Sequence record: OR352946.1
Reading direction: 5' to 3' (one strand)
Source: Escherichia phage AV116
Length of the DNA: 64,000 nt
The notes under the pieces were generated by a model. That model was not told where the DNA came from. It saw only the letters and a list, made by a program, of their open reading frames with translations, and did not search any database. The translations under genes and the position numbers were made by a program. This document shows, in pieces, positions 60,736-64,000 of this stretch. The number at the start of each line of letters is the position of its first letter. Position 1 is the first letter of the stretch.

Positions 60736-61879
60736 GGTCGTTTTCTATATCTGCTGCAGACGGAGCATCAGAAGTTTTAACCGGAACTTTAGTTGTTGCT
60801 TTGCAATTAATAAGGTCGTTAACAGCGTCATCAACTTCTTTAATAGAAGAGATAGCACCTAGTTTATATTTAGTTTCAATTGCATCTCGGAAAGGTTTGT
60901 GTTTAAACAAAGGTCCCCAGAATTCTACACAATCAGTAGCTTTAGCACGCCATGATTTTTCTTCACGAATCATTTCACCTGTTTCTTCGTCAAGGAATTC
61001 ACGAGCATACCAACCGGCTTTAGGCTTAACTACAAAACCAATTTCAGTTGCCATTTCTAACAAGCCACTGAATGGGTCAATACCGCCATCAAAATTAACC
61101 GTGATCGGGAAAGTAGATTTCTCTTTAACTGTACGAGATTTTTCCGCTTTCAACGTGAAGTCATAACCGGTCAATTCTGTACCTTCTTTAACCTGACGTT
61201 TAGAGATAAAAAATACCGTGTTGGCAGAATAAAGAATACCTGTACCACCGCCCATAATCTCTTTAGGATACAATCCGCCGATTTCCATTGCTGTATGGTT
61301 AATTGCAACACATGGAATATCTTTAATAGTCAGATAAGGAGTCACAATGCGGAACAGAGATTTAAGTGCCTTAGCACGAGACATATCACCTACAACTTTC
61401 TCGTTCAACGCATCTTCGGTTTCTTTCTTAGATGCAGTATTACCGATTGAATCGATAAAGATAATAACTTTATCACCGCGTTCAATAGCGTCAAGCTGAT
61501 TAGTCATATCAACTTTAAGTTGTTCGACAGATTGAATCGGAGTATGAACTACACGGTCTAAATCAACACCCATTGAACGAAAATAAGATTCTGAAGCACC
61601 GAATTCTGAGTCATAAAACAAACAGATTGCATCTTTATATTTCTTCATATACGCTGCAACCATAGTTAGTCCAAACAACGTTTTAAAGTGTTTAGAAGGA
61701 GCAGCAAAAATAGTTAAGCCTGATTGCAATCCTGCATTCAGAGCACCACCTAATGCAATATTCAACATCGGAATACGAGTAGGGACTTCATCACGATTAT
61801 TAAACAGCTTAGACTTAGTCAAGTCTGCAGTCATTTTAGAAGTAGAAGCTTTAATCAGACGAGATTTTAAATCAGACAT
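60707..61879 (-). CDS. uvsX: recombinase UvsX (RecA/Rad51 family)
   Basis: 390 aa; MSDLKSRLIKASTSKMTADL... and RecA-fold core match T4 UvsX (391 aa). Confidence 0.9.
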   Translation of the reverse strand: MSDLKSRLIKASTSKMTADLTKSKLFNNRDEVPTRIPMLNIALGGALNAGLQSGLTIFAAPSKHFKTLFGLTMVAAYMKKYKDAICLFYDSEFGASESYFRSMGVDLDRVVHTPIQSVEQLKVDMTNQLDAIERGDKVIIFIDSIGNTASKKETEDALNEKVVGDMSRAKALKSLFRIVTPYLTIKDIPCVAINHTAMEIGGLYPKEIMGGGTGILYSANTVFFISKRQVKEGTELTGYDFTLKAEKSRTVKEKSTFPITVNFDGGIDPFSGLLEMATEIGFVVKPKAGWYAREFLDEETGEMIREEKSWRAKATDCVEFWGPLFKHKPFRDAIETKYKLGAISSIKEVDDAVNDLINCKATTKVPVKTSDAPSAADIENDLDEMEDFDE

Positions 61880-61932
61880 TGTATTTTTCCATAGGCATCA
61901 TTATATTTTACTCATGTTTAAAAGATAAGATG

Positions 61933-61960
61933 ATTATATACTAAGGGTTATACAGCATTT
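61933..61960 (-). promoter_or_regulatory. candidate MotA-dependent middle promoter upstream of uvsX
   Basis: Minus strand AAATGCTGTATAACCCTTAGTATATAATC: MotA-box-like TGCTGTA about 12 nt before a TATAAT -10. Confidence 0.35.
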
Positions 61961-61977
61961 AAAACTTTAAATGGCTC

Positions 61978-62526
61978 TTAACGAGCCCATTTGATAATTT
62001 CTGTAATCAAATAATTACGTTCGCTTGCATTAAATCCTATAACTTTGTTAGCACCATCATGATTAAGTAATTGATACGTTTGGATTTTGTTATGAATTGC
62101 AAACTCTTCAAAATGTGAAATGACTGTATTAAAACCGAATGAAGACAAAGTAATAAGGTCGTCTTCAAAACTTTCAGTCATTTCGTTACGTGTTAAAATA
62201 ATTGTGAACACATCATGGTTTTGGCAAAGACGAACATAATCCTGTTCATAAACGTCAAGAACCGAGTCCGCATCTTGTCGAATACGTCCATAAACCCAGT
62301 TACTAATATATCCACGGTCTAATAGATAAATCTTAGTAGGGTCTAAATAATTCAACATTGTTTCGAAACAGCCAACTTCATTTCGAGACTTAACATCGAA
62401 ACGTCCATCAACCGTTCGTTTAGGGAAATCAATCTTTACATATCTTTCACTAATTTCCATTATGTCATTAATGAAAGTTGTTTTACCAGCATTATCTGGG
62501 CCATCTACTAAAATAATTTTAGCCAT
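61978..62526 (-). CDS. P-loop nucleotide/nucleoside kinase-like protein
   Basis: 182 aa; Walker A DGPDNAGKTT at N-terminus and LDRGY motif reminiscent of thymidylate/deoxynucleoside kinases. Confidence 0.5.
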   Translation of the reverse strand: MAKIILVDGPDNAGKTTFINDIMEISERYVKIDFPKRTVDGRFDVKSRNEVGCFETMLNYLDPTKIYLLDRGYISNWVYGRIRQDADSVLDVYEQDYVRLCQNHDVFTIILTRNEMTESFEDDLITLSSFGFNTVISHFEEFAIHNKIQTYQLLNHDGANKVIGFNASERNYLITEIIKWAR

Positions 62527-62527
62527 T

Positions 62528-63427
62528 TTATTCCTCGATTACGACATCTTCGTATTTAGGTATATTATACGGTGAAGAAATTAAAGCGTTAAAGTAGATG
62601 AACTCACCAAGACCTGGATGGAATACTTCTTCAGGATTTTCGAAATATTGAATCTTCGGACGTCCTTTAAGAATTTGATAGTACTCAGTTTTAGTTGGTT
62701 TAAAAATTCGAATCAACGCTTCTTCAGGATACTTATTTCTGTCGAAGCTATTATTTGGATCGGTTATATAAAGCGGTTGGCCTAATTGAATTGCACATTC
62801 AACCACTTGTTCAAAACGATAGCACGGGTCACTAATTCGAAATGGATGAAAAATACCATCTAGATGAATAGGAGCCAAATCACCTACAAGACGCTGCATG
62901 ATGGAAGGACGTATAACTTTCTGCGTTACGATAATCTTATTACCATCTGCACCTGCGTTAACCAGCACTTCTTTTTGACGTTCATTCAACACAGTAGTTT
63001 GAAGTGAACGATTAACCGACAACATATCAGTTTTTAAGAATTCGTCAATATAAAAACGTGGTTTATTAGGGTCTGCAGTGATATTGAAATTGAATTCTAC
63101 ATCAAAAGCGCCGTCATATCCAGTGATATCTGTGATTAGAAAATCACAATCATAATAAGCAATTAATGAATCAACCACAAATTCATTTTCAGACCAGAAA
63201 TATTTACGAGTGTTATACGCGTTATCTTTATACCATAATGGAACAAACTTAAATTCTGGAAAAAGACGTTCGCATTCTTTAATATCAGATGCATTACGTG
63301 GATATGTAATCACATCACCCGGATTAGCACGGTGCAAATGAAGTTGGAAGTTGCCATCCTTAAGGATAGCATACTGTCCAGTTTCATAAGACCGCATACT
63401 CAAGATAGGTACGCGGAAAATAGCCAT
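62528..63427 (-). CDS. hypothetical protein occupying the locus where T4 has beta-glucosyltransferase
   Basis: 299-aa ORF between uvsX and gene 42; no similarity to recalled T4 Bgt. Confidence 0.45.
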   Translation of the reverse strand: MAIFRVPILSMRSYETGQYAILKDGNFQLHLHRANPGDVITYPRNASDIKECERLFPEFKFVPLWYKDNAYNTRKYFWSENEFVVDSLIAYYDCDFLITDITGYDGAFDVEFNFNITADPNKPRFYIDEFLKTDMLSVNRSLQTTVLNERQKEVLVNAGADGNKIIVTQKVIRPSIMQRLVGDLAPIHLDGIFHPFRISDPCYRFEQVVECAIQLGQPLYITDPNNSFDRNKYPEEALIRIFKPTKTEYYQILKGRPKIQYFENPEEVFHPGLGEFIYFNALISSPYNIPKYEDVVIEE

Positions 63428-64000
63428 TAGTCAAGGAATCCTTTAACATAATCAAAATCACGTTCAAACACATGGGCACTTACCATGGTATGAGTATAAT
63501 CACCAACTTCTACACCACATTCGTTAGCGATATAATGAAGTAATTTTCCTTGGAGATAAAAATCCAACTGCATAACAACAGCACAGTTCTGGGAACGCAT
63601 ATGACAGTGGGTATAAAGCTTACCGTCACGAATATAATAGGTCACTGAGTCAGTACATGGATATTCAAGCGTTTCGTCTGAATCAAGCAAAGCCTGATCA
63701 GAACTTTCTAGAATTTGGAACACAACTCTTCGGGAGTTAGGCTTCTCTTTAAGTTCTTTTAGAAGAGCTGGTAATTGAGCCGCAATGCGAGGACCATAGA
63801 AAGTGTTGAAGTTCGCCGGCAAAACATCTGATTTTGGTTTAGAAATAAATTTAGCGACATTAGGATATGCCTTAAACGCTTCTTCTGCATTGGTACCACC
63901 AGAAATCATAAACTTCCAGAAGTCTTCGGCATATTCATAAGAGATGCGGTTAATACGTGGGTCGGTCATTTTGAATGATGATGGAGTGTCAACAACTACT
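63427..64000 (-). CDS. 42: dCMP hydroxymethylase gp42 (3' portion; ORF runs off the window end)
   Basis: Thymidylate synthase-family motifs RRVVFQ and YPCTDSVTYYIRDGKLYTHCHMRSQN; reading frame stays open to position 64000. Confidence 0.7.
   Translation of the reverse strand, partial: VVVDTPSSFKMTDPRINRISYEYAEDFWKFMISGGTNAEEAFKAYPNVAKFISKPKSDVLPANFNTFYGPRIAAQLPALLKELKEKPNSRRVVFQILESSDQALLDSDETLEYPCTDSVTYYIRDGKLYTHCHMRSQNCAVVMQLDFYLQGKLLHYIANECGVEVGDYTHTMVSAHVFERDFDYVKGFLD

Overview
This window reads as a contiguous segment of a T4-like (Tevenvirinae-type) myovirus genome, largely collinear with the T4 map. Early and middle genes run on the minus strand: rIII, 31, cd, pseT, alc, rnlA, denA, nrdB (with intron), nrdA, td (with intron), frd, 32, 59, 33, dsbA, rnh, then asiA, motA, 52, ndd, an rII-like remnant, 39, dexA, dda, srd, modA/modB, soc, 56, 61, sp, dmd, 41, 40, uvsX and the 3' part of 42. 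The long-tail-fibre block 34-35-36-37-38 plus holin t sits on the plus strand (22139..32266). Gene names were assigned by comparing the ORF translations with T4 protein sequences and gene order recalled from memory; no database search was run. The sequence shows a recurrent early-promoter family, TATAAATA late promoters and a recurring GC hairpin with a CGAAG/CTTCG loop. Two group I introns and six homing-endonuclease-type genes are present. The most interesting departures from T4 are: a GT-B-like 366-aa gene beside the rII locus, non-T4 genes in the uvsX-42 interval where beta-glucosyltransferase would sit, an AroG-like DAHP synthase next to cd, an rIIA-like ORF that stops early with two frame switches, and an unsplit topoisomerase gene 39 flanked by endonuclease genes. 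The first two could together form an alternative DNA hypermodification module, but that is inference.
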